DNA of 32,000 nucleotides from Nanopusillaceae archaeon (GTDB taxonomy: Archaea > Nanobdellota > Nanobdellia > Nanobdellales > Nanobdellaceae): contig JBMFJD010000004.1 of the NCBI GenBank assembly GCA_049974095.1, positions 30,001 through 62,000 of the forward strand. Direction: 5' to 3'. The notes below the pieces were generated by a model, which had not been told where the DNA came from, made no database searches, and worked only from the letters and a program-made list of their open reading frames with translations. Every line of letters starts with the position of its first letter. Within the stretch, counting starts at the first letter, position 1. The translations under genes and the position numbers were made by a program. Shown here piece by piece: positions 15,134-22,469 of the stretch.

Positions 15134-16522
15134 ATGGGTGTTATAAGAGAAAAATTATTAGAATTCTATAAGAAAAATAATGAAATTTTAGAAGATATAG
15201 TTAAAATTTCACAAAATAGAGAAGTTGGATATTTATTAACAAATGGTTCCTTTGGTCATAGACCATCAAAAATTGAAACAAAAGATGATATAATTGAATA
15301 TATAAAAAAAGGAGCATTATCTTTTCATATTTCAATTGAAAGATGGATAGATTTAAATGTTCTTGAAGAAAATACATCAAAAAAAGAATTAAGTGAATAC
15401 AGATTGGGATGGGACTTTATTATTGATATAGATTCTAAATCTTTAGATTTATCTAAAATTACTGCAAGATTAATTGTAGATTATTTAAAAGAAAAAAATA
15501 TTAAACCTGTATATATAAAATATTCTGGAGGAAAAGGATTGCATATTGCAATACCATGGGAAATATTCCCTGAAACAGTAAATATTGAGAAAAAAGAAGA
15601 AATTGTTGAGGAAGAGACAAGAAAATTGTTCCCAGATTTAGCAAGAATATTAGCATTATATATTGCTGAAGAAATTAGAGAAAAATTAAAAAAATTAATT
15701 TTATTAAAATTTAATGAAGAAGAATTGAAAAATTTTGGAATAAATAATATAGAAAAATTTGATCCATATGAAATTGTAGAAATAGATACTATTTTAATTT
15801 CTTCTAGACATCTAATAAGATGCTTATATTCAATAAATGAAAAAACTGGTAACTTATCTGTACCTATAAAAGAAAATTATATAGAAAAATTAAAACCTGA
15901 AGATGCAAGTTTAGATAATTATTCATATGAAGGGATACCATATTTAACTGAAGATCTTGAAAAAAGAGAATCTAAAGAGTTTAAAGATCTAATTTACTCT
16001 TCATTTTTATGGAAAATAAATAATGAATTAAAAAGTAAACAAATACAACATTTAGCAGAAAAATATAAAAATCAGGAAGGAATTGAAGAAGCTGAAAAAG
16101 ATATTGAAGAAATAAAAAAGAAAAAAATAGAAATAGATGAATCTTTATTCCCACCCTGTATTAAAAATATATTAAGTGAAAATATAGAAGATGGAAGAAA
16201 AAGAGCTGTATTTATTTTAATTAACTTTTTAGCAAATATAGGATGGGATTGGGATAAAATAGAAAAATATGTTAAGGAATGGAATGATAAATTAAATGAA
16301 CCATTAAGGGATAGATATATCGAATACCAATTAGAATGGCACAAAAAATTATATAAAGAAAATAAAAGATATTTAACACCAAATTGTAATAATGAAATAT
16401 ATTATAAAGATATTGGAATATGTCAACCTGATGAAATATGTTCTTTAATTAAAAATCCATTATCTTATCCAATTAAAAAGATTAAAAATATAAAATCTTC
16501 TCAGGATTCTCAAAATAGTTAA
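15134..16522 (+). CDS. priS: DNA primase, fused PriS catalytic domain plus PriL-like Fe-S C-terminal domain
   Basis: 462 aa. AEP motifs DFIIDIDS, SGGKGLHIAIP and SSRHLIR are present. The C-terminal part carries LFPPCIKNIL...GRKRAVFILINFL plus three further Cys (PNC, GIC, EIC), as in the PriL 4Fe-4S domain. Confidence 0.75.
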   Translation: MGVIREKLLEFYKKNNEILEDIVKISQNREVGYLLTNGSFGHRPSKIETKDDIIEYIKKGALSFHISIERWIDLNVLEENTSKKELSEYRLGWDFIIDIDSKSLDLSKITARLIVDYLKEKNIKPVYIKYSGGKGLHIAIPWEIFPETVNIEKKEEIVEEETRKLFPDLARILALYIAEEIREKLKKLILLKFNEEELKNFGINNIEKFDPYEIVEIDTILISSRHLIRCLYSINEKTGNLSVPIKENYIEKLKPEDASLDNYSYEGIPYLTEDLEKRESKEFKDLIYSSFLWKINNELKSKQIQHLAEKYKNQEGIEEAEKDIEEIKKKKIEIDESLFPPCIKNILSENIEDGRKRAVFILINFLANIGWDWDKIEKYVKEWNDKLNEPLRDRYIEYQLEWHKKLYKENKRYLTPNCNNEIYYKDIGICQPDEICSLIKNPLSYPIKKIKNIKSSQDSQNS

Positions 16523-16868
16523 TATAAAATTTTAATTTTTCAATATTTTTTCTTAAATTTTCTACTTCTCTTACTTTAAAATATTTAAAGAATTTTCTTC
16601 TATCTCTATCATTAATAATTATTCCTTCGGATTCTAATAAATTTTTCAAATATTTATACAAAGAATTTCCCTTATTATCATTATCTGTTAATATTATTGC
16701 CTCTTTAAAATATAAAGACAAATTTTCCAATTTCTTAATTTCATATATTGTATATATATTATTTAATCCTAATTCTTTTAAAACATCTTTATCTCTTTTC
16801 CCTTCAACTATAATAAAAGTATCTTTTTTATTCTTAATATATAATAAAAAACCAATACTACCTTTCAT
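16482..16868 (-). CDS. Small Toprim-domain protein (UPF0292/RNase M5-like)
   Basis: 128 aa. It has the Toprim Glu (IIVEGKRDK) and DxD (ILTDNDNKG). It converges on the primase gene with a 41-nt overlap. Confidence 0.65.
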   Translation of the reverse strand: MKGSIGFLLYIKNKKDTFIIVEGKRDKDVLKELGLNNIYTIYEIKKLENLSLYFKEAIILTDNDNKGNSLYKYLKNLLESEGIIINDRDRRKFFKYFKVREVENLRKNIEKLKFYINYFENPEKILYF

Positions 16869-16933
16869 AACATATCTTTATTATTATTCTTTTATAAGAT
16901 TAATTTTTATTTTTACTAGTAGTATATTTTAAT

Positions 16934-17419
16934 ATGCCTCCAAAGGAGAGAATTGTTGATGGTAAAACATTCTCGTATACAGGGTTAATTGACTTTGGAA
17001 AATTTTACAAATCTGCAAAAGAATTTTGGGATACAAAAGGATTTGATTTTCTTGAAAATAAACATGAAGAAAAAGTAAAAGATGATGGATCTAGATCTAT
17101 TAATTTAGAATGGCATACTGAAAAGAAAGTAACTGATTATGTTACATATAGCTATGATATATCCATTACTGCAGATAGTTTAAAGATATTAGACAATTTA
17201 AGACAATATATAGAAAACCTTGTAATAAAAATAAATGGAGATCTAATAACTGATTATCAAAAATATTTCGGGAATAAACCATTTAATATATTTCTTAGAG
17301 GATTATTTGAAAAATATTTATATGATAGCGAATTAAAGGATCATAAGAAGAATGTTGGAAAAATTGCTGATGATTTTCTAAATTTGGCAAAAGATTTTAC
17401 AGCAGCATTTAAATTATGA
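16934..17419 (+). CDS. Hypothetical protein (paralog A of tandem pair)
   Basis: 161-aa ORF. I recognise no family. It shares a pattern with the next ORF. Confidence 0.55.
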   Translation: MPPKERIVDGKTFSYTGLIDFGKFYKSAKEFWDTKGFDFLENKHEEKVKDDGSRSINLEWHTEKKVTDYVTYSYDISITADSLKILDNLRQYIENLVIKINGDLITDYQKYFGNKPFNIFLRGLFEKYLYDSELKDHKKNVGKIADDFLNLAKDFTAAFKL

Positions 17420-17958
17420 ACTGGGAACAAATATATCAAACAAGAGTAAGATCAAAAATAAAGTTTATACCACAAGATTTTTATGAAAAATTTAAGAAAT
17501 TTTTAGAAGGAGAAGAATGGGAAGGAATATTCAAAAAAGATAGATATGAAAAATATTATTATCATAAATTAACACCAGATGGTTTATTATTTATTGAAGC
17601 ACAATGGGAAATGTATAAAAACTATTGGAAAGAAGAACCAAAAATTGATTGGAAATTAGAAATTACAATACTTGTTAATGGTTATAATATAAATACACTA
17701 GTTGGAGATTTAGATATAAGTATAAAAAGCTCACATAATGTAGAAGACTTTAGAGAACCAAATACAAGTAAATCAAAAGGTACAGAAAAAATATTATTAT
17801 CCTTTGGATTTAAAAAAATAATGAAAGGATTAGTATCAAATTTAGAAAGAGTTAGAGGAAAAAAGAAATTAATAGATATGTCTGGAAGAGATTTATATAA
17901 TGAATCTGAAAAAATAAAAGATTGGATTATTGATTATTTTAAATTATATAAATATTAA
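17416..17958 (+). CDS. Hypothetical protein (paralog B of tandem pair)
   Basis: 180-aa ORF that starts in an ATGA overlap with the previous ORF. It appears distantly similar to that ORF by eye. Confidence 0.55.
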   Translation: MNWEQIYQTRVRSKIKFIPQDFYEKFKKFLEGEEWEGIFKKDRYEKYYYHKLTPDGLLFIEAQWEMYKNYWKEEPKIDWKLEITILVNGYNINTLVGDLDISIKSSHNVEDFREPNTSKSKGTEKILLSFGFKKIMKGLVSNLERVRGKKKLIDMSGRDLYNESEKIKDWIIDYFKLYKY

Positions 17959-18332
17959 ATATTAAAAATTTCTATATTTAATTCCTTCGCCTTATTTATT
18001 ATTTGTTCTCTTTTTCTTTTTCCAACAGTAGATGCAATAATTGCTGCTTCCTTCTCCTTATCAATTTTTTCTAATTCTTCAACATTATGAACAATTACTG
18101 GTCTTTTTCCATTTGGTAATAATCCTTTAATTTCCTTTGGGGATCCATATCCAACCTCTACCATTCTTGGCCTTCCTTTTAATTTTTTCCTCATTTTATT
18201 GTGTATTCCTTTTGGTCTTCTCCATGATTCCATACTATTTCTTTGAGATATAGATCTCCACCAATATGGTCTCCAATAATCCGGTTTTTTCCTCTTAATT
18301 TTCTTTCTTAATTTTAATAATTTTTCTCTCAT
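17955..18332 (-). CDS. rpl32e: 50S ribosomal protein L32e (eL32)
   Basis: SWRRPKGIHNKMRKKLKGRP..VEVGYGSPK is the diagnostic core. Confidence 0.9.
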   Translation of the reverse strand: MREKLLKLRKKIKRKKPDYWRPYWWRSISQRNSMESWRRPKGIHNKMRKKLKGRPRMVEVGYGSPKEIKGLLPNGKRPVIVHNVEELEKIDKEKEAAIIASTVGKRKREQIINKAKELNIEIFNI

Positions 18333-18862
18333 GGTTTTTCAACAATATATATTCCATCCTGGAATTTTCTTAAATCCTTTTCTTTTATTTTTGCTGAATT
18401 TTCTATTAATCCTGCAAGATTTCCTAATACTTCTATATCATATCCCTCTAATATTATTTCGTTCTCATTTACTGTTACTTTTACTCCCTTTGGTATTTCA
18501 ATTTCTTTTGGTGCTCTACCACCCATAAAATTTTCAATTATTAATTTATTTTCCTGTACTTTTAATTTTATTGGAAAATGGATATATACAGCTCTTAACT
18601 TATATTTGTATCCATTTATTACACCATTTATATCATTTTTTATATGAGAAATCATTGTATAGAAATCTCTTAATAATCTTTTTGATGGAAAATATACTTT
18701 AACAACTATTTTATTATCCTTTTTTTCTACAATTATATTTCTATTATTTATTTTTCTTTCTTTTTCTCCTATAGGTCCCTTAATCTTTATTATATTATTT
18801 TCTATCTCTATATTTACATTATTTGGAACATCTATTTCTTCAACAATGACTGGAGGTCTCAT
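18329..18862 (-). CDS. rpl6: 50S ribosomal protein L6 (uL6)
   Basis: 177 aa with a two-repeat L6 fold (IKIKGPIGE..., VTVNENEIILEGYD), upstream of rpl32e as in archaeal spc operons. Confidence 0.88.
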   Translation of the reverse strand: MRPPVIVEEIDVPNNVNIEIENNIIKIKGPIGEKERKINNRNIIVEKKDNKIVVKVYFPSKRLLRDFYTMISHIKNDINGVINGYKYKLRAVYIHFPIKLKVQENKLIIENFMGGRAPKEIEIPKGVKVTVNENEIILEGYDIEVLGNLAGLIENSAKIKEKDLRKFQDGIYIVEKP

Positions 18863-18892
18863 CTTATCTTAATATATAAATAAAGTTAAAAA

Positions 18893-19423
18893 TTATTCTT
18901 TTACAACATTAACCCCAAAATTATTCCTTAAATATTCTATTACCTCTTCCTTTGTAGTCCTATGTCTCTTTGGTATTTTTGCTCCTTTTATTCTTCTCTT
19001 CATCACTCTATATCCAGGTCTCTTTACCGTTACTATTACATCCATTCCATATATTCCAATTTCTGGATCATACTTTAATCCTGGTATCCAAACATATTCT
19101 TTTATTCCAAAACCAAAGTTTCCATATTCATCAAATTGAGATTCTTTTAAAGTATTATTTACAGCTTTTAATAACCATTTTAAAGCATCTTCAGCTTCTT
19201 TTCTCCTTAATGTTAATTTTACTCCAATTTCCAATCCAGGTCTTATTCCCCATGCTTGTACCCTTTTCTTTGCCCTTGTTCTTACAGGTTTTCTATTTGG
19301 AAACATCTTTTTTAATAATTTTTCTGCTTTTTCTAATGGTTCTCCAGGTTTTCCTACCCCAATATTTATTGTTAATTTATCTATTAAAATCCTTCTCATA
19401 GGATTATCTTTATTCTTGCTCAT
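18893..19423 (-). CDS. rpl5: 50S ribosomal protein L5 (uL5)
   Basis: NPMRRILIDKLTINIGVG and FGFGIKEY..PG motifs. Confidence 0.9.
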   Translation of the reverse strand: MSKNKDNPMRRILIDKLTINIGVGKPGEPLEKAEKLLKKMFPNRKPVRTRAKKRVQAWGIRPGLEIGVKLTLRRKEAEDALKWLLKAVNNTLKESQFDEYGNFGFGIKEYVWIPGLKYDPEIGIYGMDVIVTVKRPGYRVMKRRIKGAKIPKRHRTTKEEVIEYLRNNFGVNVVKE

Positions 19424-20151
19424 TTTACTGTAATTAATGGTTTATCTTCGCCTATTACAATTGCATAGTCCCATACTGTCTCTTCTATCTTATTATTTTC
19501 TATATTTGTATATTCTATAAATCTCGTATGACCAAATGATTTCTTTAATATTTTTAATGAATTTAACTTTCCAATTGTTCCAGATTTTGCTCCATAGAAA
19601 ATATAAACAAGATTTCCTTCCTTCATCTTTATTATTTTTTCTATCTTGTTTTCTTTTGTATTAAATAAAATACTATCACCTGTTTTTACATCTTTATCAT
19701 CAATAATAAAATTCCTTCCATCAATACCTGTAACTTGTATTTTTCCTCCTTCAACTAGCATCTTCCTATTAATCCTTATTATTTTAAAATCCTTTTCATT
19801 TTCAGGTATTTCAATTAATTTCAATTTCAAATTATTAGATATTACAACTCTATAGCTTTTATTTAAATCTGGAATAGAAATAACATCAAAAATTCCTACA
19901 GAATATCCTAGATCATTTATCTTTTTATTATTAACCAATACTTTTCCATTTTGTAATATATATTTTGCTTCTTTTTGTGTTTTTACAATATTTAAATAAT
20001 CTCTTAACCATAACAAAATTGGCATTGAATATTCATATTTATAACCATTAGTACTTAGCCTCTTTATCCAATAATATTTTTTTCTACTTATTGGCCATGT
20101 TCTTGGTATAGCAATATTTCTTAAATGTCTTTTATTTGAAACATGAGCCAT
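19420..20151 (-). CDS. rps4e: 30S ribosomal protein S4e (eS4)
   Basis: 243 aa. The N-terminus KRHLRNIAIPRTWPISRKK is followed by S4 and KOW-like modules. Confidence 0.9.
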   Translation of the reverse strand: MAHVSNKRHLRNIAIPRTWPISRKKYYWIKRLSTNGYKYEYSMPILLWLRDYLNIVKTQKEAKYILQNGKVLVNNKKINDLGYSVGIFDVISIPDLNKSYRVVISNNLKLKLIEIPENEKDFKIIRINRKMLVEGGKIQVTGIDGRNFIIDDKDVKTGDSILFNTKENKIEKIIKMKEGNLVYIFYGAKSGTIGKLNSLKILKKSFGHTRFIEYTNIENNKIEETVWDYAIVIGEDKPLITVK

Positions 20152-20189
20152 TTTTTATTAAATTTTAGAAATTATTTTAAAATTTATTT

Positions 20190-20732
20190 TTATTTAAATT
20201 TTTTATTTATTTCCATCACTTTAGCCAATTCTTCATCCTTTACTGAGAAATTATTTATTAATTCATTTATTTTATCTTCAGGAATATTTTTACTCTTCAT
20301 TTTTCTTTTAATCATTTCTATTCTTTTCTTATCCTTTAAGTTTAATCTTAATATTACTAATTTTGAATGATGAATTGGTCTATAAACTTCTTTTCCTTTT
20401 TTATTTGTAAATTTTACATTATCTACATATACTTTATATCTTTTCCTATCAATATAAACAACAAATCCTTCTACATTTCTATATTTTCCCCTTAAAACTT
20501 TAACATAATCTCCAACTCTTAGGGGCAAAGAATTTATATTTATTATCTTTTTGATATCTTTTGATAACATAGACGAAATAATTTTTCCTCTAATATGTAA
20601 AGGAGCATTAATTATATATTTTCTTTGCTTCTTTGGCTTCTTAGAGCTTTTCCAAGAAGAACTCCAATTATCATAATTTATATTTTTGATTTCTAATACC
20701 ATTTTATACAATAATACTTGCAATTTTTCCAA
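20190..20732 (-). CDS. rpl24: 50S ribosomal protein L24 (uL24) with terminal extensions
   Basis: SKKPKKQRKYIINAPLH and the KOW motif VGDYVKVLRGKYRNVEG. The likely start is MVLEIKN at 20702, just after the rpl14 stop. The C-terminal extension is about 35 aa compared with typical archaeal L24. Confidence 0.85.
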   Translation of the reverse strand: MEKLQVLLYKMVLEIKNINYDNWSSSWKSSKKPKKQRKYIINAPLHIRGKIISSMLSKDIKKIININSLPLRVGDYVKVLRGKYRNVEGFVVYIDRKRYKVYVDNVKFTNKKGKEVYRPIHHSKLVILRLNLKDKKRIEMIKRKMKSKNIPEDKINELINNFSVKDEELAKVMEINKKFK

Positions 20733-21108
20733 TTTCTGGCCATCTTTCTACAACCTCTCTTGCTACAGGTCCTCTAATTACGGTACCTGCTGATAATCCA
20801 GTTTTTTCATCTTTTATTATTATACATGCATTATCTTCAAACTTTATTCTTGTTCCATCTTTTCTTTTATATTCTTTTCTTTGTCTTATTATTACTGCCT
20901 TCATTACTTTTCCTACTAATGATAAATCTCCATCAATAATTGAAACATAAACCACATCTGCGATTCCTGCTCTAGCATATCTTCTCTTTATACCTTTATA
21001 TCTTAAAACTGAAATTACTTTTGCTAATTTTGCTTTTGAATTATCAGCAACTTTTAATATTGTTCCAACCGTGATCCCTTTTGTAACCTTTGCATTTATT
21101 GCCTTCAT
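20704..21108 (-). CDS. rpl14: 50S ribosomal protein L14 (uL14)
   Basis: 134 aa. The LKVADNSKAK...IIRQRKEY.R.DG..I.F.DNA pattern is present. Confidence 0.9.
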   Translation of the reverse strand: MKAINAKVTKGITVGTILKVADNSKAKLAKVISVLRYKGIKRRYARAGIADVVYVSIIDGDLSLVGKVMKAVIIRQRKEYKRKDGTRIKFEDNACIIIKDEKTGLSAGTVIRGPVAREVVERWPEIGKIASIIV

Positions 21109-21440
21109 ATTTTGTTAATTATAACAAACTTGATTGTTTTTGATAAGGGCCTTGTTTCTCCAATTAATACTTTGTCTCCAACATTAATATTTAAGCACTT
21201 TGGTACATGCGCTTTTATTTTTGATATTCTAATTTCATATCTTTCATATTTTGGTATATAATAATATTTTGCAAATTTAACTAATGCAATTCCATGTTTT
21301 ATTCTTATTACTTCTCCTTTAAATATAAATCCCCTTATCCTAACTTCTCCATGCCATGGGCATTTTTTATCATTACATGTATTTTCTGGAGGATTTACTC
21401 CTTCTATTCCAATATCTTTAACATGAACCTTCTGTGCCAT
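21105..21440 (-). CDS. rps17: 30S ribosomal protein S17 (uS17)
   Basis: 111 aa. CNDKKCPWHGEVRIRG and GDKVLIGETRPLSKT motifs. Confidence 0.9.
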   Translation of the reverse strand: MAQKVHVKDIGIEGVNPPENTCNDKKCPWHGEVRIRGFIFKGEVIRIKHGIALVKFAKYYYIPKYERYEIRISKIKAHVPKCLNINVGDKVLIGETRPLSKTIKFVIINKI

Positions 21441-21452
21441 GTTTCTTATAAG

Positions 21453-21460
21453 TTATAAAT
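21453..21460 (+). promoter_or_regulatory. TATA-like box upstream of the C/D sRNA / DUF488 transcript
   Basis: TTATAAAT is centred about 26 nt upstream of the C box at 21482. The AT-rich background limits specificity. Confidence 0.3.
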
Positions 21461-21481
21461 AATTTTAAAAATAATGTTTGT

Positions 21482-21531
21482 ATGATGAAGGATCAACGAT
21501 CTGAGGAGATGATGAATGATGGGCAAACTGA
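21482..21531 (+). ncRNA. C/D box sRNA (canonical boxes, two 12-nt guides)
   Basis: ATGATGA(21482-21488)-AGGATCAACGAT(12)-CTGA(21501-21504)-GGAG-ATGATGA(21509-21515)-ATGATGGGCAAA(12)-CTGA(21528-21531). All four boxes match consensus, with the ideal archaeal C-12-D'-spacer-C'-12-D geometry. Confidence 0.75.
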
Positions 21532-22039
21532 GATATATACGCTAGGTCATTCTAATAGAAATATAGAGGAATTCTTGGAGATATTAAAAAAGAAAGATAT
21601 AGATATTGTTATAGATGTAAGATTAATACCTGGATCAAATAAATATCCACAATATAACAAAGAAAATTTAGAAAAATACTTAAATAATAATAATATTGAA
21701 TATTTACATTTAAAGGAGCTTGGAGGATTTAGAAAACCTTTAAAAGATTCTAAAAATATATGGTGGAGAAATAAAAGTTTTAGAGGATTTGCAGATTATA
21801 TACAAAGGACAGAATTTAAAGATGTAATAAAAAAATTGATAGAAATTGCAAAAAATAAGAAAGTAGTAATAATTTGCTCTGAGAAAAATCCTTATAGATG
21901 CCATAGAAGAATAATATCTGACTATTTATCATTAATATATAATGTTAAAGTAATACATATAATTGATAAAAATAGAGAAGAAGAACATAAAGTTACTAAA
22001 TCTACAAAAATAATCAATAATGATATTATTTATCAATAA
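21482..22039 (+). CDS. DUF488 family protein
   Basis: EIYTLGHSNR...IDVR..P.S...P.....L and ...CSEKNPYRCHRRIISDYL are DUF488 hallmarks. The family usually starts just before the IYTxGHS strand, so the real start is probably the ATG at 21509 or 21512, inside the sRNA C' box. Confidence 0.7.
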   Translation: MMKDQRSEEMMNDGQTEIYTLGHSNRNIEEFLEILKKKDIDIVIDVRLIPGSNKYPQYNKENLEKYLNNNNIEYLHLKELGGFRKPLKDSKNIWWRNKSFRGFADYIQRTEFKDVIKKLIEIAKNKKVVIICSEKNPYRCHRRIISDYLSLIYNVKVIHIIDKNREEEHKVTKSTKIINNDIIYQ

Positions 22040-22040
22040 T

Positions 22041-22469
22041 TTAGTGGGCGGCTTCCGTGCTTTCCCGGCCTTCGCCAGTACTCACACAGACGTGGGCCGG
22101 CTTAACTTCCGTGTTCGAAATGGGTACGGGTGTTTCCCGGCCACTTTGGCCGCCCTTGATTTTATCATTTCCATGAACCTTTTTTAAATCTTTTCTTATA
22201 TTGAATCTCTTAACATATCCACAATATAAACATTTATATATAATTCTTCCTCTTCTTATCCTTATTTGTAATGTTTTACCGACAATCCATGGAGTATAAC
22301 ATCTTTTACAAAATTTATTTCTTAAATTTTTTGGCAATCTAATTCTAGCTTTATTTTTTATTTTCCATAAAATATAAATATATCTTCTAGATAATTCTAA
22401 ATTATCAATATTTTCTATTGCTTTCTTATATAAATATTCTATTCTCTTTATTGCTGTTTTTTTATACAT
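22041..22469 (-). CDS. rnp4: RNase P protein component 4 (Rpp21/Rpr2-like zinc ribbon); ORF extends through the 5S rRNA gene
   Basis: Residues 1-93 fit the Rpp21 pattern (SRRYIYIL...IRLPKNLRNKFCKRCYTPWIVGKT..IRIRRGRIIYKCLYCGYVKRF). There is no stop codon before the 5S gene, so residues ~105-142 are encoded by 5S rDNA. Confidence 0.7.
   Translation of the reverse strand: MYKKTAIKRIEYLYKKAIENIDNLELSRRYIYILWKIKNKARIRLPKNLRNKFCKRCYTPWIVGKTLQIRIRRGRIIYKCLYCGYVKRFNIRKDLKKVHGNDKIKGGQSGRETPVPISNTEVKPAHVCVSTGEGRESTEAAH
22043..22156 (-). rRNA. rrf: 5S ribosomal RNA
   Basis: The minus strand reads AGGGCGGCCAAAGTGGCCGGGAAACACCCGTACCCATTTCGAACACGGAAGTTAAGCCGGCCCACG...GGAAGCCGCCCACT. It contains the conserved CCCGnACCCATTTCGAACnCGGAAGTTAAGCC core, and the terminal helix GGGCGGC/GCCGCCC closes. 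About 114 nt, GC-rich, with no 16S or 23S nearby. Confidence 0.92.
22180..22188 (-). promoter_or_regulatory. TATA-like box for 5S rRNA embedded in the Rpp21 coding sequence
   Basis: The minus strand reads TTTAAAAAA (encoding ..DLKK..), centred about 28 nt upstream of the 5S 5' end. Confidence 0.3.

Noticed and set aside
22043-22156. The 38-aa Rpp21 tail might be a genuine, functional protein domain.
   Set aside because: This cannot be decided from the sequence. A GC-rich 114-nt RNA gene will often be stop-free in one frame by chance, and the tail has no recognisable motif. I report it as an overlap needing transcript and proteome data, not as a domain.
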